A stretch of DNA of 28,376 bases, from the IMG/VR virus record IMGVR_UViG_3300012953_000160, positions 1 to 28,376 of that record; one strand, 5' to 3'. Under the pieces are notes generated by a model. It ran no database searches and was not told the DNA's origin. It saw nothing but the letters and a program-made list of their open reading frames with translations. Numbering within the stretch: the first letter of the stretch is position 1; every line of letters starts with the position of its first letter. Origin of the DNA: a virus (Duplodnaviria > Caudoviricetes). The position numbers were made by a program, and so were the translations under genes. Positions 1 to 10,759 of this stretch are shown here, piece after piece.

Positions 1-3000
1 AGAATCTCTTTCCACTCACTAATAGAAGTAGAAGACTTAACAGCATAAGAGAAGTCCTGATAGTAGTAAGAGTCTTGAATCTTCTGAATAATCTCGGAAG
101 GTTTACCAACGTCATCAATAAATTGACCAGTAGTCTTGGTAATAGATCCAATCTCAAGAACACCACGAGCAATCTTAAGATCAGTAATAATACCAGAAGA
201 CTTAGATATAACACCAGTAAGTCTTTGATTTGATGCAAAGTCTCCAGTGTAATCAACAATCTTAAGTATTCTAGGTCCTACCTGCCAACCAGAGTTAGTA
301 GAAACAAATCCCTGTGCAGTTGCAGTATCAAGTGAATCACCTTGATATACAAGTTCTCCTTCTAGGAATGTTGATGTAATAACGTTTGCAGTAGCAGATC
401 CACCGAATGATTCAGTTAATACTTGTTGACGACCTGTACCTGCGTTAGAGAATGATAAAGCATCACCAAGTGCAGCGTTAGCAGAAGTAATGGCAAGTTT
501 TAATTGATCATCTTCTAGTGAGTTTGCAGTACCAGATATAGCATAGTAAGTTGTACTACTATTCAATCTACCTGTAGCACCAGATGATAGTGGGAAATCA
601 GCACCATCTCCTGTATCAACAACATTCAATGTGACTGCAGAACCATTTGCAATACCATGTGGGAAAGCAAATTGTAGTAATCCTAAGTCAAGGTTTATAA
701 CATAGTTAAATGAAGATCTTAAATTAACTGTAGGAGTTGATGAATATCCTGCACCAGGATCTTTTACAATAATAACATCCAATCTACCATTCTTAATTGT
801 TGCCTCAGCAATAGCACCAGAACCTCCACCACCAGTAATAACAACTGCAGGTGCCTGTGAATATCCAGTACCTGGATCTGTTATAGTAATACTATCAAGT
901 ATACTTGTAGAAGTAAGCTGTGCGTTTATTGGGAAAGATATTTCAGGGCGTAGCGTATAATCATGTGGATAATCATAACCAAAGTTATTGTTCTTAAGTT
1001 TCTTAATCTTACCAACATTAGCACCTTTAGTAAATACAGATGCTCCTGTACCTGCAGATGGTATAACAACTACTAATTCAGCACCTGATCCAGTCAAACC
1101 CGTTCCAAGAATACCTGGTATAGCATTAATATCAATAGATGCTGTAGTATAATTTTTACCTGGTGATGTGACAACAACGTTGTTTATCTGACCTGGTATT
1201 GTTGCTCCTGCAGCGTCAGTTCCGTCTGCAACAGTAATAGAAACAAATCCACCTTCACCATCACCAGTTATTGATACACCACTATATGTTCCAACTGCAT
1301 ATTCAGTACCTGGTGCATTAATTTGTACTCTTTCTATTTGTCTACTTGATGTAATACCACTAACTATAGGCAACTTAGTATAGAAACCGCCAGGATTAAC
1401 AATACGAATATCACCAATAGAACCAACCGCTTTAGTGGAACTTGTCATGTAAGATGCTTGTGATATAGTTGCAGCACCTTCTGGTTCATTAACTAATGGG
1501 AATTTGAGTATATCTGCACCCTTAGTAATAGTAGCACCTGCAATAGAACTGATCTCAAATGTTCCGTTATATGGAGAATCTACAACATCAAGGTAGCTGC
1601 CAGGTACCACTGGACTATCAGTGCCTGTTCTTGATGGATCGAAGTAGTATGATATATTTGTTACTATACTTCTATCAACTTTAAGTTTAACTGTAGGAGT
1701 TGGTTGTCCACCACCAGTAACACCAGGTGTACCAACTCTTTCTATAGAGTTAAATGAGTATTCAAGTTTGTATAGATTATCTTTTGCAAATGATAAGTTT
1801 CCACCTGTCATAGATGAATGACTTAGGTCAAACAAATACTGATGACCATAATACATCTTTAATGTAGGTGATTTAATAAAGATACTTACAGCAGATGCTG
1901 ATGTAGCAGGAGAAGTTAGAGCAGCTGTCTTTAACTTGTAAGTAAATTCAAGAGGACTTACAACAGTCTGTACAGCAAATGCACCATCATATTCATCGTA
2001 TGAAGTGGCACCAATAGTTTGTGTTGGGTTTCCATCAACATAAACCATATCACCTGTACTCAAGTAATGACTTGTGTTAGTAATAACATACACTTCATCA
2101 CTATTTGCTACAGCAGTTGCTTGAAGAATCTTAGTTAGATTAGCAACTAGAGTAATTTTAAGAACACCTGTTAATCCAGTTATTGTTGCTTGAGAGTAAT
2201 CACTATTCCATGTAATTGCACCAGATCCTATAGTAACTACAGATCCAACAATATATGCAGATGATCCAGAAACTTGATCTATTCTTACAGAGTAGTCAGC
2301 ATCAGCATATGGTTTGAATGTTGCGAATGAGTCTAGATTACCTGTGCAAGAGTTAATAGTAAATTTGGCATCTCCATTACCACCACTAACTACTACTTCA
2401 TCTCCAACTTTATATCCAGATCCTGCAGCTCCACCTGAGTCAATTGAGATGGATTGTATAACACCACCAGATGCAGTGTAGTCAACTAATAATCCAGATG
2501 CTTCTCCATTACTTGTAGTTGTAGCAACACTATCCCCAGTATTAGGATAACCAGTACCTGCTGCACTTAGAGCAATTGTTGCAGGTATATCTGCTATCGT
2601 ACCATCTAAATCAAAACCATCCAAGTTGATGATAAATGTGCCAGGTGTTTGATTATTAATTTCTGCAAATGTATAATTTGTTATTTCATTAACATCAGCA
2701 GGGATTGCACCAGTAATACCATAACTAGACTGTTCATTAAATTGTGCAGTAGATAGTTGACCAGTGTTTAGATCATTACTCCAAGCATTATTGTTAACTG
2801 CTAAGTAAACCTTGTTATTTGCATCATCCTTTCTAATAATATAACCACTATTAACAAACTGTCCAGAAGAATTGTTTAATACTAACTTAGAACCAACAGT
2901 AAAGTTAAATGATTGGTTGACAGTCAATTCTTGAACATTATCAATCTTGACTGTAGGTGTGACCTTGAAGTAGTATCTATCCTTAACAACTGCAGTGACT

Positions 3001-6000
3001 TGTAATTTTTGTGAACCTGGTGAAGGAACAGTAGCAGTTCTAGAACTCCAGATATCTTGAACATGAGTCAATGTCTCAGTATCTTCAGTCATAGTTGTAG
3101 TGCTATCATCAAAGTCTAATGACTGATAACCTGCATCTCCAAGAGCATAACCATTTACATTGATTGTAAGAGGTGAACCAGTGACAGCTGTCACAGCAGT
3201 TCTTGCAAAGGTTATACCACTATTAGGTTTCTTACCTTGATTTCCTAATCTTACTGCATCAGCATTTCTATCACTCTTAAGACCAAATCCTGCATATTCA
3301 ATATAATCATAACGACTCATTGCATCAGCAAACCATGCATCATCAACCCAGTTGTATGCAAGACCATATGCACCTGCAGTAGGTAATGCAAGGATATCAC
3401 TTGGTACAGTTGGTGTGATTGCTCTATTTCTTAAACGTAAATGGTCTATATGATATTGACCCTGTTCATTAGATCTAAACTGACCTAGTGTACCATTTGC
3501 ACCAGGTATATTACCAAAGTATAGATCTTTAGCACCTAGTGATGTTCCTGATATAGTACCAGTAAGAACTTCTATTCCGTTTACATATGCCTTAAATGTA
3601 TCACCACTCTTAGTCACTGCAATTGCTTGCCATGTATTATCTGCAAATAAGTTTGTTTGAGATGATGTTAGAGAACTACCTGCAGAGTTAATACTTGTGC
3701 TACTATTAGTAATAGTCATCGTCAAAGGACCACTCGGACCTGCAGAGGACTGATCATAGTATAAATGTAGTCCACCAGTAGCTACTGTAGCATCACCTAT
3801 GGCAATTAATGTCTCTTTAGGCTGGGAGAATGAATTACTATTTGTAGCATCCTTGAATATAAAGAATTCTAATGTCCAATCTCCTGCAAGTTTTTGTCCT
3901 AAGTCTGAACCTGCAAATTTAATATTAGTATTTGTCCAAACAGTTGGTGCAGATGTTTGTGCACCAAGTATCTTACCCCATCCATTTGTAGCATCATAAC
4001 TGAATGAATCACCAGTATTTGTAAGAGTAGCAGTATAATGTGTTGTAGTGTCTGTAAGAGCACTAGATGTAAATGGTATAACAAACTCATTTCTATTCCA
4101 ATATGTCTGACCAAATGTGTGAACATCACCAGATGTATCAACATCTAATCCATGAATTTGTAAACCTTCTATATTATCTGCAGTAAATTCTGTAGTTGTA
4201 TGATTTTTAATTAATCCATCATATCCAATCTTTAATACATCAACAGTCTTATACTCATTAGTATTATTATCTCTAGTATATGCAATATTAAGATCACCAA
4301 ATAAGTCAATAGCAGACTTACCTGCAGATGTAACATCTCTACCAGGTGTTAGATAACGATAGTTCCATATTAATGCACCTGCACTATCAATTTTACCAAC
4401 CCAAATACTATCTCTATCAGTATCATTTGCTTTTTGTCTACATGTAGCATTAATATAAACTTCATTGAACTCATCTATGGCAATGCTAGTGTCTATCATA
4501 GAATGTAAAGAACTAGCATAAGTGTTGATCCAGTCAACAGTAATAGCATTGACTCCAATTTGACACTTACCAACAGCAACATCAACATCTAAAGCATTGA
4601 CTGTAGATGCAGTCTCCATACAGAAGTAAACATCCTGTGAACCTGTTGTTTGGTTATAATTGCAGATGATATCTGTGATTCTTTCAGATTTGTTTGCAGA
4701 AGCAAATTTTCTCTTAATTGCAAAATTACCTGTAGTATCAATAGATGCTATAAAGGCATCATCAGGATTTGCTGAGTTTGTATTTGTATAACCACCGATT
4801 ATATAACGAGTAGAACTATACTTTTTAATTATTGTTATATGGTCAGCACGAGTACCACCAGAGATACCTGCATATGCTTTTTGGAAACTAAGTGTGGCAC
4901 TTAGACCGTTTGCTGCTTGTGTATACTTACAGAGGATTATATCAGGATTATATGCATTAAGAATATTACTATTAGGTTTATTAATACCTACAACCCAAAC
5001 ATCATTACCATCAACATATATTGAGTTAAACTCTGCGTAATTTAATCCACCAGAGAGTTCAAGAGTTTTTGACCATTCTTTAACACCAGTTGCTGATAAT
5101 TTAGAGACGAATGCGACGACGTTGCCACTTGAGTCTTTTGTTTTACCACAGATGAATACTTCCTTACTATCGTTAACAAAGGTATCGTTGACTTTAACAT
5201 AATTGTTATTATTAATGAATGATAGATAATAATCTGCTTTCTTAAAGATTTGTGGGTGTGATAATATAACTCTTGGATTAGCTGAATATCCAGAACCAGA
5301 ATTAACAATATTCACAGTATCGATAGAACCTACACTAGATACAACTGCTTGCAATTCACCATCTTGACCGCTAGTACTGTCAATAATAATTGTAGGAGGA
5401 ATATCTGTATTATATCCAGATCCAGTTTGTGTAATCTGTATTTCTTCTATACCTTTATATTGACGAACAGTAAACTGTTTGTTAGTATTATCCATTACAG
5501 GAGTATAATCAACAAATATACTGTCACCTGCTGCTAGGTTGTGAGGACTAGAAGTTGTTAGCACACCAAAGTTATTACCACTTATACTTTCAAATGTATA
5601 TGCAGAAACTGTTTCTCCTTTAATACGAGATACACGTGCAGAAGCACCATCACCACCAGTATTTGTATTATCAAAAACTAATCTGTCATTTACCTGATAT
5701 GATATACCTGCGTTTTCAACAGTAAATCCAGTGACGTTAGCATCTTCAAATTTGTTAGTTGTTTCTACTTCAATATCAACTTTTGAGTCAAATCTAACTT
5801 TAGGGAAGTAATCAAATAGTTGTAAAGGTGATTCTTCAAATAACTGTCCAAGATTTGCAACATCTTGTTCGTCAGCATCTATTTGTCCATCTCTATTAGT
5901 ATCTTCTGGATCAAATAATAGTATTAGACCATCTTCAGTCGTTAAAGCATTAGTAGAAGCGTTAGGTGCTCTTTCAACATCAATATCAACATTTTCATAT

Positions 6001-9000
6001 GGATCACGATATCTTACAACACCAGTTGGAATATTTTGCTGCACAGCACTTGTACTTAAGTTCCAAGTATCAACAACAGAGTTAAAGTTAGGACCTAAGA
6101 CATAAGGAAATTCTGGATTACCTGCCTCTGTAGCATCAATAGTAACAAAGTAGCAATATCTACCTGTAGGATAGTCAGGTGTTTTACAGAATCTACCATT
6201 GTACTGATCTAAATCACCAAGGTTAAAGATATACTCATAGTCTTCAACAAAATTACCTGCTGCCTCTGCACTAAGCAAAGGACCTGCAGTTCTTACAGGA
6301 GTTGGATTAGTTGAGGATACAACAAGAGCAGGTTTAACTCTATATGATGTTCTTAGTCTTGTAATAGAAGATGCTTGATCTGTAGGATCAGTATATCCAT
6401 AAGGACCGTAGATTGGGTTTCCATCAAATGCCCAACCAATAATAGGAGAGTGTTGTAGTTGTGTTTCTTGTTCAGTAATAGTTCCTGCAACTGCCTCTTG
6501 TAAATTATCACCAAGAATGAAACGTAATTTTTGTGGATTTGATAGGTGAGCATATTCACCACCATACTGGTTATTATATCCTTCAAATACTCCACCCTTA
6601 GCAGAGTCTAATGTAGATGTTGCTTGTAAGTTATATGTCCACTTAAATACTGAAGGTGTAAAGATCGCACCTTGACCAACAGATGTCATATTGATAAGGG
6701 TAGTTCCTTGAACGTATCCAATACCACGGTTGATAATAGTAATACTTGTCACTCTACCTGCGTTTTCACCATCAGTGTCTATGGAAGCACGAGCAACAGC
6801 ACCAAATCCAACACCTTGAATACTAACTTCAGGTGCTGTCGTATATCCTGAACCTGCAGAAATAATAGCAATAGAGATTATTCTACCGTTTTGTACAATG
6901 GGTTGTGCCACTGCTCCTGAACCAGAAGATAGACTTACACTCGGTGCACTGGTATAAGAAGTACCACCACTGGTAATATTAACAGTATTAATAGGACCTC
7001 TAACACTTGCAGTACCCGCAGCACCCGTTCCGCCTCCACCAACAATAGTGATAGATGGTTGTGAGACATAACCTGTACCACCAGAGTTGATTAAAATACG
7101 GCTTACAGCACCTTTAGTGATAATAGCAGTCGCTGCTGCTCCTGAACCGCCTCCACCAACGATTGATACTAGAGGAGAAGATGTATAACCAGAACCACCT
7201 GCTGTGACTGTAATCTCAGAGATAGAACCATTAACTATAACAGTAGCAGTAGCACCTGTACCGCCACCACCAGAAATAGTGATAACAGGAGGAGATGCTG
7301 CATCATAACCTTGTCCCGCATTAGTAATTGCAATACTTGTAATAGCACCAAAGGTTTTACTCTGTGTTGACTTATATGACCATACAGAAACACCATTTAC
7401 CCATGTACCAATAGGACCTGAAGAAATAGCGGACTTAGTTGATATTGTAGTGGGTAATGCAGGGAATCTGTTTAATTTACGTTGGTTGCCAGGTAAAAGA
7501 GCAGAACCAGGAAAAGGACCTATAGAATAGTTTGGAATACCAGTTGATGCAACGTAAGTATGATTATCATTGAAGAATGAGTTCTGTATATTAGTAGTGT
7601 AAGGTCCTACTGCATTTAAAATTGTACTGGTATCAGACTTACCTTTGTTTAGGTCAACAGATACAAGAATATTACCTTGAGGTACGATTGATGCAGGTTG
7701 TGGTAGTGCATACTGGAATACTGTCTCACTATCTCTCGATGTGACAGTAAATGTTCCATTATAGATGATTGGGTTTGCACCATAGACTGTAACCTGATCT
7801 CCAACTAACAAACCATGATTATTAGCACAAGTAACAGTTGCAGATTGATCATTTACACCACCAAATGTAATACCACTAACAGTAATCAGTTTTTTAACGT
7901 TATATAACCAAGTTGTAAGTAAAGGAGATGTTCCAGTACCACCTAACTTAGAAACTGTTAGTTTATCACCTTGTAAGTAGTAAGAACCTGTATCAGTTAG
8001 AGTTGTCTGCTGTGCATCAACAATACCAACAACATTCATCACAACTTCTTGTGGTGTATCCTTATTAATCTTAACTTGGAAGTTTGATGCAACTTCTGTA
8101 GCAGAATCCCAGTCCTCTACAACTCCATTAACTGAACGAGTACACTCAATGAACTGGTTAAGTGATTTTTCCTTATATTGTACTAATTCTGTAACAGTTC
8201 CCGAACCAATTACAAACTCACCGTTTCTCTCTGGCCAACCAATAGTAGAGTCAACTGTAATGATTGAGTCAGTTGCATTTAATGGTTCAGCAAGTTTTGT
8301 TTTATAAGGTACAGTGAACGTTCCTGTAATAGTTTCTTCAGACAGAACAAGTTCAAATATCTCTACTGTAGATGTTTTGATTGAAATATAGTTTTCAACT
8401 AACGCAGATGCAGCTCTTACATTAGGATCCGCAATATCTGCTTCTTGTTGTAGAAGACCATCTCTAATGTCTGTAGCAAGTCCAGAAACCTTAGTTGCTC
8501 TTAAAATAGTATCAATAGACCATGTTGCTGCAGATGGTTTGATAATCTGGTCTTTTGGATATGATATACTTACTGTTTCACCATATAATAACTTGAATAG
8601 ATACGCAATACTGAATGATGTACCCTTTGCAGAGTAAAAATCTTTAATAGTCTTGATTGCTGTACGAACATCAATCTTAGTATAGTCTAATTCTGGTACA
8701 TCAGGTAAGAACTGTTGTGTATACTTGTCTAGTAAACGTTTTACAAATAATGCATCAAGACATTTTACCTCTGTATCAACAGCAGATGCAGCAGCAGTAG
8801 TATTATTAGAGAATACTGCATTACCATCTTCCGTGTATTCTACGATACCAGATGCAGCACGTGCACATCCTACGAACTGTGCTTTATTATATCCTTTACC
8901 TGCTTGATTAACTTTAAAACCTGTGACCTCATTTAAACCTATTTCCGCAGATGCTTCAGCACTTGTAGGTGCTTGGATTACAACAGAAGGGGGATTTGCA

Positions 9001-10751
9001 GAAGAATATCCAGTTCCGAACGCACTTACGTTAATATCTGTAATTGCACCGTTAAATATCGCAGCAGTTGCGGTAGCACCTGTACCACCTGCGTATGCTC
9101 CTGTACCATCTACTCTATTATCAACAATATAAACTGAAGGAACTTCATCATATCCGCTTCCTCCGTTAAGTATATCGATACGAATGACTCTTCCGTCTCC
9201 GTCAACTACTGTTTGTAATACTTGTGCACCAACAGGATCTACAATTGCTACTCTTGGAACGGATGTATAACCTTGCCCTGCGTTAATTGTAGTAATAGAT
9301 GCAATAGTTCCGTCTGCAGCAAGAACTGTTTGGAAAGATGCTCTGATTGGATTATTTCCAGTTGGTTCGTCAACATACACTGCAGGAGGGGTTGTATATC
9401 CAAATCCTGCATTAGTAATTGTTAAACCACCTGTGATTGATCCACCAGATCCACCATGATAGTGAGAAACGGTTGGAGTGGCAACTGTAGCACCGCCAGG
9501 CTGTCGGAAAGTGATTCTAGGTGTGAATGTATATCCTGAACCTGATCCAACTAATTCTACACCAGTAACAGAACCATTAGTCACTGTTGCTTTTAGTGTT
9601 GCTTGAGTAGAACCTGTTTTTGTAGGAGATTCTATTTGAACAACAGGAGGGTTTGTATCACTATATCCTTTACCACCATCAAGTAGAGTGACATTCTTAA
9701 TACCGTTTACTAATGCAGACGCAGCACCACCAGATCCAGTAGTTGTGTTGATAGAAACTTTTGGTGGATATTCAAATCTATAATTACTACCATTTACGTT
9801 AGTTGAGATACTTGTAAGTTGCCCTGTATCATTTACTCGTGCAAAACCTTCCGCACCATTACCAAAAGAAGGAACAGGTGCTTCTATGGAGTATAATGAT
9901 AAAAATCTATCGTTTGTAGGTGCGGTAGCAAATATAAAGTCTGCACCATCTATAAAGTAGTCTACTTTAGGTATTAATAATCTTTTGTCGTATATTGCAA
10001 TTACATATTCATCTACAATTGGTTCATATGCTAAACCATTACTTGTTGTTCTAAATTGTGTCTTACCTTCACCAAAAGAGTTTGAAATATTATCGAGTCC
10101 AACAATCTGATTTTCTACAAAACCATCTAGGTATGTGATAAAGGTGTTTATAGCGTCATCAGAGGGAATCTTTGTTCTAGGAGCAGTTGCATAGGTAATA
10201 GTTGTTCCAGACACCGTGTAGTCGGTCACAGGGGTCAATACCTCGCCATATACAGACACAATCAAATGTTGTGCAGATGGAGGTGCAATTGGATTATCTT
10301 GAGATGTTAGATTAAACTGAGTGGTAGTGCCATCAAAGTCATCAATAGGAGTTGCAAGGTTAACAAACTTAAGTTTTACCTGATCGTATGAAATACCTGG
10401 TGAAAGAGCAATGTTTGGAGAACTGGTTATACTCTCATAGTAGATAACTTCATTACCTATGAGAATAGATCCAGATTTTTCTAGAAACTGGTCAATTGAC
10501 TCAACTACAATTGTTTCGCTTGTAGTATCAATTGCTTCTACTAATTTTGTCTTACCATCAAGTATTCCTACATCTAACCTATCAATATCAAGGTATCCAA
10601 GGAAATTGTTTAGAATATTCTGCCCAAGACCAGTCTTTTCTTGAGATTGGTAGTAATACTCAAGAAATCGGTTAAAAAGTGGGTAGTCAGACTCGATAAA
10701 TTCGGGAGTCTGGGCAACAATTGCCTGAGAGACTTTATTAATATTTGTCAT
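1..10751 (-). CDS. gp7: Giant gp7-like baseplate wedge protein, partial (3' end beyond window), >3583 aa
   Basis: ATG at 10749-10751, 8 nt after the gp6 stop. N-term MTNINKVSQAIVAQTPEFIESDYPLFNRFLEYYY; internal IKDFYSAKGTSFSIAYLFKLLYG; window edge in the same frame reads KIQDSYYYQDFSYAVKS. Many GxGY beta-repeats. Order gp25-gp6-gp7 is typical of cyanomyophages. Frame spot-checked at several points, not every codon. Confidence 0.88.
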   Translation of the reverse strand, partial: MTNINKVSQAIVAQTPEFIESDYPLFNRFLEYYYQSQEKTGLGQNILNNFLGYLDIDRLDVGILDGKTKLVEAIDTTSETIVVESIDQFLEKSGSILIGNEVIYYESITSSPNIALSPGISYDQVKLKFVNLATPIDDFDGTTTQFNLTSQDNPIAPPSAQHLIVSVYGEVLTPVTDYTVSGTTITYATAPRTKIPSDDAINTFITYLDGFVENQIVGLDNISNSFGEGKTQFRTTSNGLAYEPIVDEYVIAIYDKRLLIPKVDYFIDGADFIFATAPTNDRFLSLYSIEAPVPSFGNGAEGFARVNDTGQLTSISTNVNGSNYRFEYPPKVSINTTTGSGGAASALVNGIKNVTLLDGGKGYSDTNPPVVQIESPTKTGSTQATLKATVTNGSVTGVELVGSGSGYTFTPRITFRQPGGATVATPTVSHYHGGSGGSITGGLTITNAGFGYTTPPAVYVDEPTGNNPIRASFQTVLAADGTIASITTINAGQGYTSVPRVAIVDPVGAQVLQTVVDGDGRVIRIDILNGGSGYDEVPSVYIVDNRVDGTGAYAGGTGATATAAIFNGAITDINVSAFGTGYSSANPPSVVIQAPTSAEASAEIGLNEVTGFKVNQAGKGYNKAQFVGCARAASGIVEYTEDGNAVFSNNTTAAASAVDTEVKCLDALFVKRLLDKYTQQFLPDVPELDYTKIDVRTAIKTIKDFYSAKGTSFSIAYLFKLLYGETVSISYPKDQIIKPSAATWSIDTILRATKVSGLATDIRDGLLQQEADIADPNVRAASALVENYISIKTSTVEIFELVLSEETITGTFTVPYKTKLAEPLNATDSIITVDSTIGWPERNGEFVIGSGTVTELVQYKEKSLNQFIECTRSVNGVVEDWDSATEVASNFQVKINKDTPQEVVMNVVGIVDAQQTTLTDTGSYYLQGDKLTVSKLGGTGTSPLLTTWLYNVKKLITVSGITFGGVNDQSATVTCANNHGLLVGDQVTVYGANPIIYNGTFTVTSRDSETVFQYALPQPASIVPQGNILVSVDLNKGKSDTSTILNAVGPYTTNIQNSFFNDNHTYVASTGIPNYSIGPFPGSALLPGNQRKLNRFPALPTTISTKSAISSGPIGTWVNGVSVWSYKSTQSKTFGAITSIAITNAGQGYDAASPPVITISGGGGTGATATVIVNGSISEITVTAGGSGYTSSPLVSIVGGGGSGAAATAIITKGAVSRILINSGGTGYVSQPSITIVGGGGTGAAGTASVRGPINTVNITSGGTSYTSAPSVSLSSGSGAVAQPIVQNGRIISIAIISAGSGYTTAPEVSIQGVGFGAVARASIDTDGENAGRVTSITIINRGIGYVQGTTLINMTSVGQGAIFTPSVFKWTYNLQATSTLDSAKGGVFEGYNNQYGGEYAHLSNPQKLRFILGDNLQEAVAGTITEQETQLQHSPIIGWAFDGNPIYGPYGYTDPTDQASSITRLRTSYRVKPALVVSSTNPTPVRTAGPLLSAEAAGNFVEDYEYIFNLGDLDQYNGRFCKTPDYPTGRYCYFVTIDATEAGNPEFPYVLGPNFNSVVDTWNLSTSAVQQNIPTGVVRYRDPYENVDIDVERAPNASTNALTTEDGLILLFDPEDTNRDGQIDADEQDVANLGQLFEESPLQLFDYFPKVRFDSKVDIEVETTNKFEDANVTGFTVENAGISYQVNDRLVFDNTNTGGDGASARVSRIKGETVSAYTFESISGNNFGVLTTSSPHNLAAGDSIFVDYTPVMDNTNKQFTVRQYKGIEEIQITQTGSGYNTDIPPTIIIDSTSGQDGELQAVVSSVGSIDTVNIVNSGSGYSANPRVILSHPQIFKKADYYLSFINNNNYVKVNDTFVNDSKEVFICGKTKDSSGNVVAFVSKLSATGVKEWSKTLELSGGLNYAEFNSIYVDGNDVWVVGINKPNSNILNAYNPDIILCKYTQAANGLSATLSFQKAYAGISGGTRADHITIIKKYSSTRYIIGGYTNTNSANPDDAFIASIDTTGNFAIKRKFASANKSERITDIICNYNQTTGSQDVYFCMETASTVNALDVDVAVGKCQIGVNAITVDWINTYASSLHSMIDTSIAIDEFNEVYINATCRQKANDTDRDSIWVGKIDSAGALIWNYRYLTPGRDVTSAGKSAIDLFGDLNIAYTRDNNTNEYKTVDVLKIGYDGLIKNHTTTEFTADNIEGLQIHGLDVDTSGDVHTFGQTYWNRNEFVIPFTSSALTDTTTHYTATLTNTGDSFSYDATNGWGKILGAQTSAPTVWTNTNIKFAGSDLGQKLAGDWTLEFFIFKDATNSNSFSQPKETLIAIGDATVATGGLHLYYDQSSAGPSGPLTMTITNSSTSINSAGSSLTSSQTNLFADNTWQAIAVTKSGDTFKAYVNGIEVLTGTISGTSLGAKDLYFGNIPGANGTLGQFRSNEQGQYHIDHLRLRNRAITPTVPSDILALPTAGAYGLAYNWVDDAWFADAMSRYDYIEYAGFGLKSDRNADAVRLGNQGKKPNSGITFARTAVTAVTGSPLTINVNGYALGDAGYQSLDFDDSTTTMTEDTETLTHVQDIWSSRTATVPSPGSQKLQVTAVVKDRYYFKVTPTVKIDNVQELTVNQSFNFTVGSKLVLNNSSGQFVNSGYIIRKDDANNKVYLAVNNNAWSNDLNTGQLSTAQFNEQSSYGITGAIPADVNEITNYTFAEINNQTPGTFIINLDGFDLDGTIADIPATIALSAAGTGYPNTGDSVATTTSNGEASGLLVDYTASGGVIQSISIDSGGAAGSGYKVGDEVVVSGGNGDAKFTINSCTGNLDSFATFKPYADADYSVRIDQVSGSSAYIVGSVVTIGSGAITWNSDYSQATITGLTGVLKITLVANLTKILQATAVANSDEVYVITNTSHYLSTGDMVYVDGNPTQTIGATSYDEYDGAFAVQTVVSPLEFTYKLKTAALTSPATSASAVSIFIKSPTLKMYYGHQYLFDLSHSSMTGGNLSFAKDNLYKLEYSFNSIERVGTPGVTGGGQPTPTVKLKVDRSIVTNISYYFDPSRTGTDSPVVPGSYLDVVDSPYNGTFEISSIAGATITKGADILKFPLVNEPEGAATISQASYMTSSTKAVGSIGDIRIVNPGGFYTKLPIVSGITSSRQIERVQINAPGTEYAVGTYSGVSITGDGEGGFVSITVADGTDAAGATIPGQINNVVVTSPGKNYTTASIDINAIPGILGTGLTGSGAELVVVIPSAGTGASVFTKGANVGKIKKLKNNNFGYDYPHDYTLRPEISFPINAQLTSTSILDSITITDPGTGYSQAPAVVITGGGGSGAIAEATIKNGRLDVIIVKDPGAGYSSTPTVNLRSSFNYVINLDLGLLQFAFPHGIANGSAVTLNVVDTGDGADFPLSSGATGRLNSSTTYYAISGTANSLEDDQLKLAITSANAALGDALSFSNAGTGRQQVLTESFGGSATANVITSTFLEGELVYQGDSLDTATAQGFVSTNSGWQVGPRILKIVDYTGDFASNQRLTGVISKSSGIITDLKIARGVLEIGSITKTTGQFIDDVGKPSEIIQKIQDSYYYQDFSYAVKSSTSISEWKEI

Positions 10752-10759
10752 TAAACCTA

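Noticed and set aside
6700-9760. Recurrent ccacc/gaacc/tatcc motifs as DNA repeats
   Set aside because: Explained by Gly-rich GxGY protein repeats in gp7 with divergent codons.
3799-10644. Short ORF-track calls on both strands in the first 10.7 kb
   Set aside because: All are shadow or alternative frames of the single gp7-like ORF.
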